Positions 38,903 through 48,750 of a stretch of DNA of 64,000 bases are shown in pieces. The stretch is from an uncultured delta proteobacterium (GTDB taxonomy: Bacteria; Desulfobacterota; Desulfomonilia; Desulfomonilales; Desulfomonilaceae), in assembly GCA_963789265.1 (NCBI GenBank), contig CAWBKB010000007.1, forward strand, positions 256,001 to 320,000, written 5' to 3'. Every line of letters starts with the position of its first letter. Within the stretch, counting starts at the first letter, position 1. The translations under genes were made by a program, and so were the position numbers. Below the pieces are notes generated by a model. That model did no database searches, was not told the origin of the DNA, and worked only from the letters and a program-made list of their open reading frames with translations.

Positions 38903-39550
38903 ATGCCGGCCCCGAAACTCAAATCACCTCCGATGGAAACAATCCCGCCGCATATGTTGGAACCCCGAGTTCTGCCCGCCGCCGGGCAACGACTGACCGA
39001 AGCGTTTATAAGCCTGATTAAGAAGAAAGATTTCAATTCAATTACAACCGCTGAAATTGCCAAAGACGCCCAAGCCAATGAAGCCCTGATCTATCGGTAT
39101 TTCGGAGATAAGAGAGGTCTACTCCATCACACGTTTGCCGAAACTTATAAAGAAGCCCTGGCAGCTATAGTAAAGGACCTGCAGGAAGATTACGACGTTA
39201 AGAGGAAGATTGAAAAGCTCATTTGGCGGACCTTCGATTGCTACAATAGCGACTTAGTCCTGGCAAGGATCCTTCTCTTCGAAGTCAGGACTTTTCCGAA
39301 GTATTTTCAGAGTGAAGCGTACAAACTCGTGCGTGCGTACGCTCGCCTGCTATTGGCACTCCTTGAAGAAGGGAAAGAAAAAGGACTGATTCGTCCGGAA
39401 ATCTCCGCCAAAGCGGCCAGAGATATTATTTTGGGCGGGATTGAGCACCTGTATATGCCCAAGGTAATCTTTGGGGCCGCATTCGATGTGCAGGCGGCAA
39501 CGAGCGCTCTGTGCAACGTTATCTTTGAAGGAATACTGAACCGAACTTAA
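38903..39550 (+). CDS. TetR/AcrR family regulator
   Basis: HTH ITTAEIAKDAQANEALIYRYFGDKRGL; RBS AAAGGAGG. Confidence 0.88.
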   Translation: MPAPKLKSPPMETIPPHMLEPRVLPAAGQRLTEAFISLIKKKDFNSITTAEIAKDAQANEALIYRYFGDKRGLLHHTFAETYKEALAAIVKDLQEDYDVKRKIEKLIWRTFDCYNSDLVLARILLFEVRTFPKYFQSEAYKLVRAYARLLLALLEEGKEKGLIRPEISAKAARDIILGGIEHLYMPKVIFGAAFDVQAATSALCNVIFEGILNRT

Positions 39551-39661
39551 AGTTTTGTATTGAGTCCATTATGTTCGGGAGAACGCCCGTCGCCGGTTGA
39601 CCTGAGCGAAGTTGGTCGGAGGGGCCCGAAACGGATCAACGTCGCTTTCTTGGAGTGAGAG

Positions 39662-39680
39662 GTAAGTAAAGCTCACTTGC
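39662..39680. promoter_or_regulatory. Candidate TetR operator
   Basis: Imperfect palindrome GTAAGT-AAAGCTC-ACTTGC upstream of the catabolic operon; GTAAGT half-sites also at 38574 and, inverted, ending at 38644. Confidence 0.3.
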
Positions 39681-39866
39681 TAGAAACCGCTTTTCGGATG
39701 CGGACTTGATCGGTCGAGAAAATGCCGAAAAACAAAGTAGCCGAAATCACCGGCTAAGGCAGAGGTCTCGGCCGGGCCCAAGCAGTCATTTCTGCCGAGT
39801 ATTTCCAGAAGTTGCGTTCAGAAGGCGTAGTGTGATGCGAACGAGCAGCTAAAACGGAGGAACTCA

Positions 39867-41996
39867 ATGCCCCTGAATCTAAAAAGTATCGGAAGAAGGA
39901 TCGGGCCTATCACCAAAGAGTACGGATGGAAAGACGTAGTACTTTACGCACTGGGTGTCGGCGCCGGCTTCGATGAACTGGACTATTGCTACGAGACTCG
40001 TCTCAAGGTGCTGCCGAGCTTTTCGATCGCGGCGATTTTTGAGTTCCTTGCCGAAGCCGGGCTCGCTGCGGAGGTCAATCTTGCCGGCGTGCTCCACGGA
40101 GAGCAGGATCTGGTTTTCCACAACCCGATCCCCTCCGAGGGAAAACTAATCACCGAAGGTCGGATCACCAACATCTACGACAAGGGCAAAGAGACCGGCG
40201 CGCTTGTGATGGCTGAAGGCGAGACATACCATTCCAACGGCCAAAAGCTCTTCACCAACGTCATCACTATCTTTAGCCGGCTTGACGGAGGCTTCGGAGG
40301 TCCGGACTCGCCCAAGGAACCGGTGGAATTTCCCGACCGACCTCCGGACTTTGAGGAGGACGCCCGGCCGACAGCAGACCAACCTCTCCTGTACCGGCTG
40401 AGCGGCGACATCTTTGCGCTCCACGTGGACCCTAACTTTGCGCGTACCAGCGGCTTCGAAAAGCCGATCATGCACGGGCTGTGCACCCACGGTTTTGCCT
40501 GCCGTGCTGTGATCAAGCACCTCTTTCCCGGCGAGCCGGAACGGATGACTCGGTTCCGTAACCGATTTTCCAAGACACTTTACCCCGGCGTACCCATCAA
40601 GACCCAGATTTGGAAGATCGATGAAGGTCGGGCGGTCTTCAGGACCATCAATGCGGATACGGGGGCAGTGGCGATCGATCGCGGCATCGTGGAATGGATG
40701 AGCCGAGAAGAACTGCGGAGGCGTCAATCGAGCGGGTGGGTAAGTTTTGACGGCAAGGTTGCGGTAGTAACGGGTGCTGGAGGGGGTTTGGGTCGGACGT
40801 ATGCACTGGAACTGGCCAGGCGCGGTGCCAAGGTGGTGGTGAACGACTTTGGCGGCGCGGGTGACGGAACCGGCTCGTCAGCAGGCCCCGCCGACCGGGT
40901 GGTCTCTGAGATTGAGGCCGCGGGCGGCAAAGCCGTGGCGAGCTACGACTCTGTGGCCACACCTGAAGGCGGCGAAGCCATCGTCAACAAGGCGATCGAG
41001 GTCTTCGGCCGCGTGGATATCCTGATCAACAATGCAGGGATCCTCCGCGACCGGACTTTGGCCAAGATGGAGCCCGCCGAATGGGACGCGGTGCTGTCCG
41101 TGCATCTGAACGGTGCGTACAACGTCACACGGCCCGCGTTCGTCAAGATGCGGGAACAGGGGTACGGCCGGATCGTGATGACCACATCCGCAGCCGGTTT
41201 GTACGGCAATTTCGGACAGACCAACTATTCCGCGGCCAAGATGGGGTTGATCGGCTTCATGAACACGGTAAAGCTCGAAGGAGAGAAGCACAACATCAAG
41301 ATAAACACTGTAGCGCCCGTGGCCGCTACGCGTCTCACCGCGGACATCCTCCCGCAGGATTTGATGGAGAAACTCAAACCGGAATTCGTCACTCCGTTGG
41401 TGGTCTACCTCTGCTCGGATCAATGTCCGGTCACGGGGGCGGTTTACAACGCGGGTGCAGGTTATTTCAGCCGCGCTGAGTTGGTGACGGGTCGCGCGAT
41501 TGCAGTGTGCGACCCGAAGCAGGTCCCGGCACCGGAAGAAGTTGCACGAGCCATCAGCCGCATCGGGTCCCTGCAAGCCGCGGTGGGCTCTCACGACGCG
41601 ACTGCGGCACTAGGCGACTTGATGAATGCATTATCCGCTCCAGCAGTGCCCGCGCAGGAAACCGAGGCGCAGCCGAAACTCACCGTAACTTCAATTTTTG
41701 ACCGACTTCCCGATGCGTTTTCCGCGGACAAGGCAGCGGGCGTGGATGTCGTGTTCCAGTTCAAGATATCCGGCCCCGCGGGCGGTGACTGGCACGTCGC
41801 AGTGAAAGACGCAAGGTGCGCGTGCACCAAAGGGATCCACGAAAAACCCACGACGATCGTCCTCATGGAGGACTCGGACTTCGTGGCCATGATCTCAGGT
41901 AAGCTCAACGCGATGAAGGCGTACACTTCGGGCAGGCTGAAGGTCGAGGGCGACCTCATTAAGTCCCAGCTTATCGAGAAGCTGTTCAAGTTCTAA
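39867..41996 (+). CDS. MaoC-type (R)-hydratase + SDR 3-hydroxyacyl-CoA dehydrogenase + SCP2 fusion (MFE-2-like, hydratase first)
   Basis: LYALGVG, LHGEQ, YRLSGD..LHVDP..A...GFEKPIMHGLC, TGAGGGLG, NNAGILRD, YSAAK, C-terminal SCP2. Confidence 0.88.
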   Translation: MPLNLKSIGRRIGPITKEYGWKDVVLYALGVGAGFDELDYCYETRLKVLPSFSIAAIFEFLAEAGLAAEVNLAGVLHGEQDLVFHNPIPSEGKLITEGRITNIYDKGKETGALVMAEGETYHSNGQKLFTNVITIFSRLDGGFGGPDSPKEPVEFPDRPPDFEEDARPTADQPLLYRLSGDIFALHVDPNFARTSGFEKPIMHGLCTHGFACRAVIKHLFPGEPERMTRFRNRFSKTLYPGVPIKTQIWKIDEGRAVFRTINADTGAVAIDRGIVEWMSREELRRRQSSGWVSFDGKVAVVTGAGGGLGRTYALELARRGAKVVVNDFGGAGDGTGSSAGPADRVVSEIEAAGGKAVASYDSVATPEGGEAIVNKAIEVFGRVDILINNAGILRDRTLAKMEPAEWDAVLSVHLNGAYNVTRPAFVKMREQGYGRIVMTTSAAGLYGNFGQTNYSAAKMGLIGFMNTVKLEGEKHNIKINTVAPVAATRLTADILPQDLMEKLKPEFVTPLVVYLCSDQCPVTGAVYNAGAGYFSRAELVTGRAIAVCDPKQVPAPEEVARAISRIGSLQAAVGSHDATAALGDLMNALSAPAVPAQETEAQPKLTVTSIFDRLPDAFSADKAAGVDVVFQFKISGPAGGDWHVAVKDARCACTKGIHEKPTTIVLMEDSDFVAMISGKLNAMKAYTSGRLKVEGDLIKSQLIEKLFKF
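40744..41389 (+). repeat. 646-bp direct repeat, copy 1 (SDR domain)
   Basis: Near-identical to 43506..44151 (about nine substitutions by eye). Confidence 0.9.
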
Positions 41997-42016
41997 CTGC
42001 GAAAGGGGAGCCAACC

Positions 42017-44752
42017 ATGATCGGCATAGTTTCCTATGGCGGATATATCCCTAAACTTCGACTCGACCGAATGAGCGTATTCCAAAACATGGGCTGGTTT
42101 GCGCCCACGATCGTGATGGTGGCGCAGGGCGAGCGCTCGTTCTGCAACTGGGACGAAGACAGTATCACCATGGCTGTGGCTGCGGCGCAGGACTGTCTCA
42201 AAGGCGTCGACAAGCGAGCCCTCGACGGTCTGTTTCTATGCTCGACCACACTGCCGTTCCAAGACCGTCTCAATGCAGGGATCGTCAAGAGTGCGCTTAA
42301 TCTTGAGGACAACATAGTCGCGCAGGACGTTACTTCATGTCTCAGGGCCGGCACCACAGCACTGATCACCGCGCTTAACTCTGTAGCCGGCGGTGGGATG
42401 CATCAGGCGCTCGTGGTGGCCACGGACAAACGACAGACCCGCACCGCGAATTTTTACGAGATGTGGTTAGGCGACGCAGCGGCCGGGGTGGTTGTGGGCG
42501 ACACTAATGTGATTGCGGAATTCAAGGGCTCGTACTCGGTGGCCCACGACTTCGTCGACCACTACCGGGGCGACGGCAACCGCTTCAATTACACCTGGGA
42601 AGAGCGCTGGGTCCGAGATGAGGGATACTCGCGGATTATCCCCGAGGCGGTAAAAGGCCTGTTCGACAAGCTCTCCATCACCATGAATGATGTGGACAAA
42701 TTCGTTTTCCCCTGCTTTTTGAAGGGCGAACATCGAAAAATAGCCGGAAGCCTGGGCGCGGGACCTGACAAGGTCGCGGACAACCTCCATGAAGTTTGCG
42801 GGGAAACCGGTGCAGCGCATCCTCTAGTGATGCTCGTCCAGGCATTGCAGCACGCGGCGCCGGGTGATCGGATACTGGTGGCCGGATTCGGCCAGGGCTG
42901 TGACGCTCTGTACTTTCATGTGACCGACAACATTGAGAAAATGCCGCAGCGTACTGGGATTACCGGTTCGTTGGCCAATAAGCGACAGACGAGCAACTAT
43001 CTGAAGTTCCTTAAGTTTCGCGACTTGCTCCCCACCGAGATGGGCATCCGTGCCGAAGTCCCCATGCAGACGGCGATGTCGGTCCTCTGGCGCAAGAGAA
43101 AGATGCTCCTGGGAATGGTGGGCGGTAAATGCGCAAAATGCGGGACCCCGCAGTTCCCCAAGATGGATATCTGCGTCAACCCCGACTGTAAGGCCATATA
43201 CTCACAGGAGGACTACGAGTTTGCCGACGTGCCTGCTACGGTCAAAAGTTTCACCGGCGACCTTCTCGCTGTGTCCCTGGACCCTCCCGCCGTGTACGGC
43301 ATGGTCCAGTTTGAAGGCGGCGGCCGTTTTATGGCGGATTTCACCGACTGCGAGATGTCCGATGTGAAGGTCGGACAGCCGGTGACTCTGTCATTCCGTA
43401 AGCGGTACCTCGATAAGGATCGCGGCTTTACGGGCTACTTCTGGAAAGCAGTACCCTTGCCTGTGCCTGAAGGGGTCAAGGAGCCGGAAACGGCTGAGGA
43501 AATCCGTTTTGACGGCAAGGTTGCGGTAGTAACGGGTGCTGGAGGGGGTTTGGGTCGGACGTATGCACTGGAACTGGCCAGGCGCGGTGCCAAGGTGGTG
43601 GTGAACGACTTTGGCGGCGCGGGTGACGGAACCGGCTCGTCAGCAGGCCCCGCGGACCGGGTGGTCTCTGAGATTGAGGCCGCGGGCGGCAAAGCCGTGG
43701 CGAGCTACGACTCTGTGGCCACACCTGAAGGCGGCGAAGCCATCGTCAATAAGGCGATCGAGGTCTTCGGCCGCGTGGATATCCTGATCAACAATGCAGG
43801 GATCCTCCGCGACCGGACTTTGGCCAAGATGGAGCCGGCCGAATGGGACGCGGTGCTGTCCGTGCATCTGAACGGTGCGTACAACGTCACACGGCCCGCG
43901 TTCGTCAAGATGCGGGAACAGAGGTACGGCCGGATCGTGATGACCACATCCGCAGCCGGCTTGTACGGCAATTTCGGACAGACCAACTATTCCGCGGCCA
44001 AGATGGGGCTGATCGGCTTCATGAACACAGTAAAGCTCGAAGGAGAGAAGCACAACATCAAGATAAACACTGTAGCGCCCGTGGCCGTTACACGTCTCAC
44101 CGCGGACATCCTCCCGCAGGATTTGATGGAGAAACTCAAACCGGAATTCGTGTGCCCTCTCGTCATGTACTTGTGTTCCAATCAGTCCGAAGAGACAGGC
44201 CAAGTGTACAACGCGGGCATGGGGTGTTTCAACCGAGTCGCTGTGGTCACCGGACCGGGCGCGGTCCTCGGCGACGGTATCAATCCACCGACTCCGGAGC
44301 AGATCCATGAGCGTTGGAACGCGATCAACGACCTTGTTGGGGCTGTAGAGCTTCACAATACCGCTGCTGCGATGGGCGAACTGCTCAACGCGTTCTCGCC
44401 GCAAAAGAAAGAACAAGGACCTGCCACGGGCAAGCCTTCGGTGAAGGCGGTTTTCGAGAGTCTGCCCGGATCGTTTCAGGCCGACAAGGCAGCGGGGATC
44501 GACGCGGTCTTCCAGTACAAGATCACCGGTCCGGGCGGAGGTGAATGGTACACCATCATCAAGGACGGAGCCCTGGAAGTTAAGGAAGGGACACATGACA
44601 AACCGCACACGACCATCATCATGTCCGACGAGGACTTCACTGCGTTCATGAGCGGTCAGCTTAACGCAATGAAAGCGTTCACATCGGGCAAGCTTAAGGT
44701 GGAGGGCGACATCATGAAGTCGCAGCTCATCGCGAAGCTTTTCAAGTTCTGA
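42017..44752 (+). CDS. HMG-CoA-synthase-like + DUF35 (Zn-ribbon/OB) + SDR + SCP2 fusion
   Basis: GIVSYGGYIP, DEDSITMAV, GETGAAHP, GFGQGCD, CAKC...CVNPDC, YFWKA, then SDR and SCP2. Confidence 0.85.
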   Translation: MIGIVSYGGYIPKLRLDRMSVFQNMGWFAPTIVMVAQGERSFCNWDEDSITMAVAAAQDCLKGVDKRALDGLFLCSTTLPFQDRLNAGIVKSALNLEDNIVAQDVTSCLRAGTTALITALNSVAGGGMHQALVVATDKRQTRTANFYEMWLGDAAAGVVVGDTNVIAEFKGSYSVAHDFVDHYRGDGNRFNYTWEERWVRDEGYSRIIPEAVKGLFDKLSITMNDVDKFVFPCFLKGEHRKIAGSLGAGPDKVADNLHEVCGETGAAHPLVMLVQALQHAAPGDRILVAGFGQGCDALYFHVTDNIEKMPQRTGITGSLANKRQTSNYLKFLKFRDLLPTEMGIRAEVPMQTAMSVLWRKRKMLLGMVGGKCAKCGTPQFPKMDICVNPDCKAIYSQEDYEFADVPATVKSFTGDLLAVSLDPPAVYGMVQFEGGGRFMADFTDCEMSDVKVGQPVTLSFRKRYLDKDRGFTGYFWKAVPLPVPEGVKEPETAEEIRFDGKVAVVTGAGGGLGRTYALELARRGAKVVVNDFGGAGDGTGSSAGPADRVVSEIEAAGGKAVASYDSVATPEGGEAIVNKAIEVFGRVDILINNAGILRDRTLAKMEPAEWDAVLSVHLNGAYNVTRPAFVKMREQRYGRIVMTTSAAGLYGNFGQTNYSAAKMGLIGFMNTVKLEGEKHNIKINTVAPVAVTRLTADILPQDLMEKLKPEFVCPLVMYLCSNQSEETGQVYNAGMGCFNRVAVVTGPGAVLGDGINPPTPEQIHERWNAINDLVGAVELHNTAAAMGELLNAFSPQKKEQGPATGKPSVKAVFESLPGSFQADKAAGIDAVFQYKITGPGGGEWYTIIKDGALEVKEGTHDKPHTTIIMSDEDFTAFMSGQLNAMKAFTSGKLKVEGDIMKSQLIAKLFKF
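43506..44151 (+). repeat. 646-bp direct repeat, copy 2 (SDR domain)
   Basis: Near-identical to 40744..41389. Confidence 0.9.
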
Positions 44753-44831
44753 TGGCAACGACCCGACCGGTGTCCTGGAACGAACCGAGCTTCGAAAACC
44801 AATGCGGAACAGCCTTCAGGAGGTTTGACCT

Positions 44832-46037
44832 ATGGCTACAGGCATTAGAGATAAGGTTGCGATTATTGGCATGGGATGTACCCGTTTCGGCGAACGCTGG
44901 GACGTGGGCGGCGAAGAGCTTATGGTGGAAGCGTACACCGAATGCCTTGCGGATGCGCAGCTTGACCCGGACGACATTCAGGCCGCGTGGTTCTCTACCT
45001 GTCTGGAGGAGATCGGCGTAGGAAAGAGTGCAATTCCGCTTGCCGTCACGCTTCGGCTGCCTCTCATCCCGGTGACACGCGTGGAAAACTTCTGCGCCAG
45101 CGGGACAGAAGCGCTTCGCGGCGCGGTGTACGCAGTGGCGTCGGGCGCCATCGACATCGCGCTGGCTCTGGGAGTGGAGAAACTGAAGGACACCGGGTAT
45201 GGCGGCCTACCGAACCCCGGTTCGAATGCCGGCACGTTAAATTGGTTGTGGTGGCCAAACGTGACTGCTCCGGGCACGTTCGCTCAGTTGGCGACCGCTT
45301 ACGCAGCCAAATTCAACATCCCCGAGCAGGAACTCAAGCGCGCCATGGCTCATGTGTCGGTAAAGAGCCACGCGAACGGCGCGTTGAATCCTAAAGCGCA
45401 CTTGCGCAAGCCCATCACCGAAGACCAGGTGATCAATGCGCCGATCATCGCGTATCCGCTCGGTCTCTTCGACTGCTGCGGCGTGAGCGACGGAGCGGCT
45501 TGCGCGATCGTCACGACGGTTGAGAAGGCTAAAGACCTCGGCAAGAAGGATATCGTCGCTGTAAAGGCGCTCCAAGGCGCACTTAGCTCCGGCGAAGAAG
45601 CGGGGTTCAACAGTTGGGACTGCGACCATTTCATCACCACATCCAAAGCGAGCACCAAAGCCTACGAGGAAGCCGGCATCACGGACCCGCGAAAAGAGAT
45701 CAGCATGATGGAACTCCATGACTGCTTCTCCATCACCGAACTCGTCACGTACGAGGACATGCACATCTCAGAGCGGGGCAACGCCTGGCGGGACGTGCTG
45801 GACGGTTTCTACGACCTGAGAGGCGGCGGGGTTCCGACCCAGGTGGACGGCGGCCTCAAATGCTTCGGTCATCCCATCGGCGCATCTGGGCTGCGGATGC
45901 TGTACGAAATGTACCTGCAACTCCACGGCCGCGCAGGCGAACGTCAGATCGAGGACCCGAGGTATGGCCTCACCCACAATCTGGGAGGCTTTCCATTCCA
46001 AAATGTTTGCAGTATCGCCATTGTCGGCAAGTATTAG
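44832..46037 (+). CDS. SCP-x-type thiolase (acetyl-CoA acetyltransferase)
   Basis: ENFCASG, DCCGVSDGAA, ELHDCF, GHPIGASG, HNLGG. Confidence 0.88.
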   Translation: MATGIRDKVAIIGMGCTRFGERWDVGGEELMVEAYTECLADAQLDPDDIQAAWFSTCLEEIGVGKSAIPLAVTLRLPLIPVTRVENFCASGTEALRGAVYAVASGAIDIALALGVEKLKDTGYGGLPNPGSNAGTLNWLWWPNVTAPGTFAQLATAYAAKFNIPEQELKRAMAHVSVKSHANGALNPKAHLRKPITEDQVINAPIIAYPLGLFDCCGVSDGAACAIVTTVEKAKDLGKKDIVAVKALQGALSSGEEAGFNSWDCDHFITTSKASTKAYEEAGITDPRKEISMMELHDCFSITELVTYEDMHISERGNAWRDVLDGFYDLRGGGVPTQVDGGLKCFGHPIGASGLRMLYEMYLQLHGRAGERQIEDPRYGLTHNLGGFPFQNVCSIAIVGKY

Positions 46038-46094
46038 AGCGCGCGTTCGCCACGCGCCGCAAGCCGTCCGCGATGAAGTCTGAGAGGTATTTTT

Positions 46095-47237
46095 ATGGAA
46101 ATTGTACCCTATTCGGAAGAGCACAGGATTTTCAGAGAGTCAGTACGAAAGTTCTTCGAAAAAGAAGTCATACCCCACATTGACCAATGGGAAGAAGATG
46201 GAATCGTACCGCGCTCAATCTGGAAGAAAATGGGTGACAACGGGTTCCTCTGCATGGATGTGCCCGAAGAATACGGCGGTCTGGGCGCTGATTTCCTCTA
46301 TTCGGTCATCCTGATCGAGGAACTCGTGCGCACCAACCACGCCGGACTTGCCGCACCGCTGCACTCCGACATCGTGGTCCCCTACATCACCGCGTTCGCG
46401 TCTGAGGAACTCAAGCGCCGCTATCTCCCAGGGTGCGTGTCGGGCGACATTATCACGGCCGTCGGCATGACCGAACCCAACGCGGGAAGCGACTTGGCCG
46501 GCATCCGCACCACCGCGGCGGAGGACGGTGACCACGTGGTCATCAACGGCCAAAAGACTTTTATCAGCAATGGTATCCTCTGTGACCTGCTGGTACTGGC
46601 GGTCCGCGATCCCAAGGAATCCAACCCGTACCAGGCCATAGACCTGTATCTCGTGGAAGCAGAAACGCCGGGCTTCGAAAAGGGCCGGAACCTTAAGAAA
46701 ATCGGATGCCGCAGCCAGGATACTGCAGAGCTGTTCTTCAACGACTGCCGCGTTCCCAAGGCCAACCGCCTCGGACAGAAGGGGAGCGGCTTCATGATGC
46801 TAATGGACAAGTTGCAGCAAGAGCGCCTCGTTTGTGCGATCGGCGCGGTGCCCGCAATGGAACATATTCTCGATATGACCATAGCTTACTGTAAGGGACG
46901 CAACGCGTTCGGCCGCCCCATCTCCAAATTTCAGCACACCCAGTTCCAGCTTGTTGAAATGGCCACGGAAGTCAAGCTGGCACGCACCTTTGTCGATAAG
47001 CTCGTAGTCGATCATATTGAGGGGAAAAACATCGTAGTGGAAGTCTCCATGGCCAAGTACTGGACGACGGAGACCGCGTGGCGAGTCGCGGACAGATGCC
47101 TGCAACTCCACGGCGGGTACGGATACTGCGAAGAGTATCCGATCGCGCGAGCGTGGAGAGATCTACGGGTGGCGCGGATCTACGCCGGGACCAATGAGAT
47201 CATGAAGGTGATCGCGGCCAAGTTCATGGGCTTGTAG
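46095..47237 (+). CDS. Acyl-CoA dehydrogenase (LCAD-like)
   Basis: GMTEPNAGSD, NGQKTFISNG, QDTAELFF, QERL, QLHGGYGY, IYAGTNEIMK. Confidence 0.9.
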   Translation: MEIVPYSEEHRIFRESVRKFFEKEVIPHIDQWEEDGIVPRSIWKKMGDNGFLCMDVPEEYGGLGADFLYSVILIEELVRTNHAGLAAPLHSDIVVPYITAFASEELKRRYLPGCVSGDIITAVGMTEPNAGSDLAGIRTTAAEDGDHVVINGQKTFISNGILCDLLVLAVRDPKESNPYQAIDLYLVEAETPGFEKGRNLKKIGCRSQDTAELFFNDCRVPKANRLGQKGSGFMMLMDKLQQERLVCAIGAVPAMEHILDMTIAYCKGRNAFGRPISKFQHTQFQLVEMATEVKLARTFVDKLVVDHIEGKNIVVEVSMAKYWTTETAWRVADRCLQLHGGYGYCEEYPIARAWRDLRVARIYAGTNEIMKVIAAKFMGL

Positions 47238-47379
47238 CGAGCCGGTGGATGAGTGCGGAGGAGAGCCGGCTCCGCCGTTGCCTCGCACAAGGTGCCAAAC
47301 ATCATCGAGTTTGGGGACGTGTCGCTCAACGTTGGAAGGATGGTGGATAAGAGCCTGCTCAGACAAGGGACCGTCCCGG

Positions 47380-47570
47380 ATTGGGCACAGCAGTTCAACG
47401 CTTCATGGAACTCCGAGATTCCGAAAGTTAAACTTCTCGCGGCTGCCTCAGTGCTGTTCCTCCGCGTCCACCTTCCCCACTGAATCAATCAGAGAATTCG
47501 AGGCGGTGGCAGCCGACGGCATTGCGATTGAAGCCTACGGCATGACCGAGTCAACCGAGATGTTCTTAGG
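47380..47570 (+). pseudogene. Fragment of an acyl-CoA synthetase gene
   Basis: PRFRKLNFSRL..CSSASTFPTESIREFE......IEAYGMTES resembles the SGxAPLP...EGYGxTE adenylation motif; no full ORF. Confidence 0.5.
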
Positions 47571-47620
47571 AACCGTTCCTGTAGGGTAGGCCGTGCCCAT
47601 TGAAGCGGAACCACGATGAT

Positions 47621-47848
47621 TCAAGGGCAGATTTGACCCTTAGCACATTCCATTGCAGGCAGTTTCGGAGGAATGGGCTCCAGTCTATACAACTCCTCGA
47701 CCCTCACCGACCCCTTTTCTACAAGTTTGTCAAATAGAGCCTTTAGCTGCTGCTGTGATAGCGCATATTTCTGCATCAGTTCGTGGTCAGCCATACCGAA
47801 GCGGACGTCATCGACCAGTTCCTTTTCGTTGACCGTCCTTTTTGCCAT
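47621..47848 (-). CDS. Small hypothetical protein
   Basis: MAKRTVNEKELVDDVRFGMADHELMQKYALSQQQLKALFDKLVEKG resembles a short helical domain I recall recurring in Desulfomonile proteins. Confidence 0.5.
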   Translation of the reverse strand: MAKRTVNEKELVDDVRFGMADHELMQKYALSQQQLKALFDKLVEKGSVRVEELYRLEPIPPKLPAMECAKGQICP

Positions 47849-48750
47849 AGGAACCCCCTTTTGGCAGGAGTCATGTATAGATTGTATCACAAGAGCGTGT
47901 CAGGGAAGGAGAAGATTCCTCACCCTTTTGGCGCACCAATCAAATCTCCCAAAATCACCCATACCTTTCATCCAGGCATTCCGACCAATTTTCGGTTCTG
48001 ATGGATGCCAGTTGGACACCAAGTATTGAATCGTTATCTGAAAGGGAATGCCGTGGCATGCCATGAGAGGAAAACGAGAAATGAACTTTGAACAGCGGCT
48101 GCCACTCGCGGATGGTCTGGTTTATGCGAGGTTAGGAACTCAATCTCGTCTCGATTGGTAACATAGTGAGATGCCATGAATAGCTAAATCTAACCATTTC
48201 CGTCTCATTTGATCCTCCTTTCAACGGTTCATGCCGATGTGCTTCCGAGCACGTGCCTTGGCCCCCCCCTGCGGGCTGGGGATATTCTTCGCTGCAGACG
48301 ACGCAAAGCCGTCTAATCACTTCGCTCAGGAGACCCCCAGCCTCACGATGTTACGTGTTCGAAAGCGAATTGGTATCATCATTCCGCAAAGAGGACCGAC
48401 AGCGCCACGATACTATTCGTTTGCACCCGAATCGGTACGGGGCGCCGTGAGACTATTGCCATGAGACTTGGTATCAGCCACGTGCTCGGGTGCGCAAACA
48501 GCGTACTTTGTCAGTTATAGTGAACTGGATTGAGGATAGCGCTATCCTCAATCCAGTTCACTATCAGTCGACCAAAACTCCATCGAAATTTCACAATGTT
48601 CCGAGAGGAAACCTGTCGTTCGATAGTGCTCTGTTAGCGCAAAGTTCAATGACGTGCCCCATATTTCGCGCTCGAGGGAAAGAGCAGGGGAACCAGTTTT
48701 TCACACAAAGGATTTCCGCAGACCTCATCTCCTCTCACTGACAACCCGTC

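Noticed and set aside
40878..44758. Long minus-strand ORFs (40878..41594, 43640..44758) and similar antisense ORFs across the window
   Set aside because: They overlap well-supported genes, carry no recognisable motifs, and are expected in GC-rich coding DNA.
47900..48740. Gene-poor stretch as a possible ncRNA or small gene
   Set aside because: I could not support any ORF, RBS or RNA family motif; an Rfam/Infernal search would be needed.
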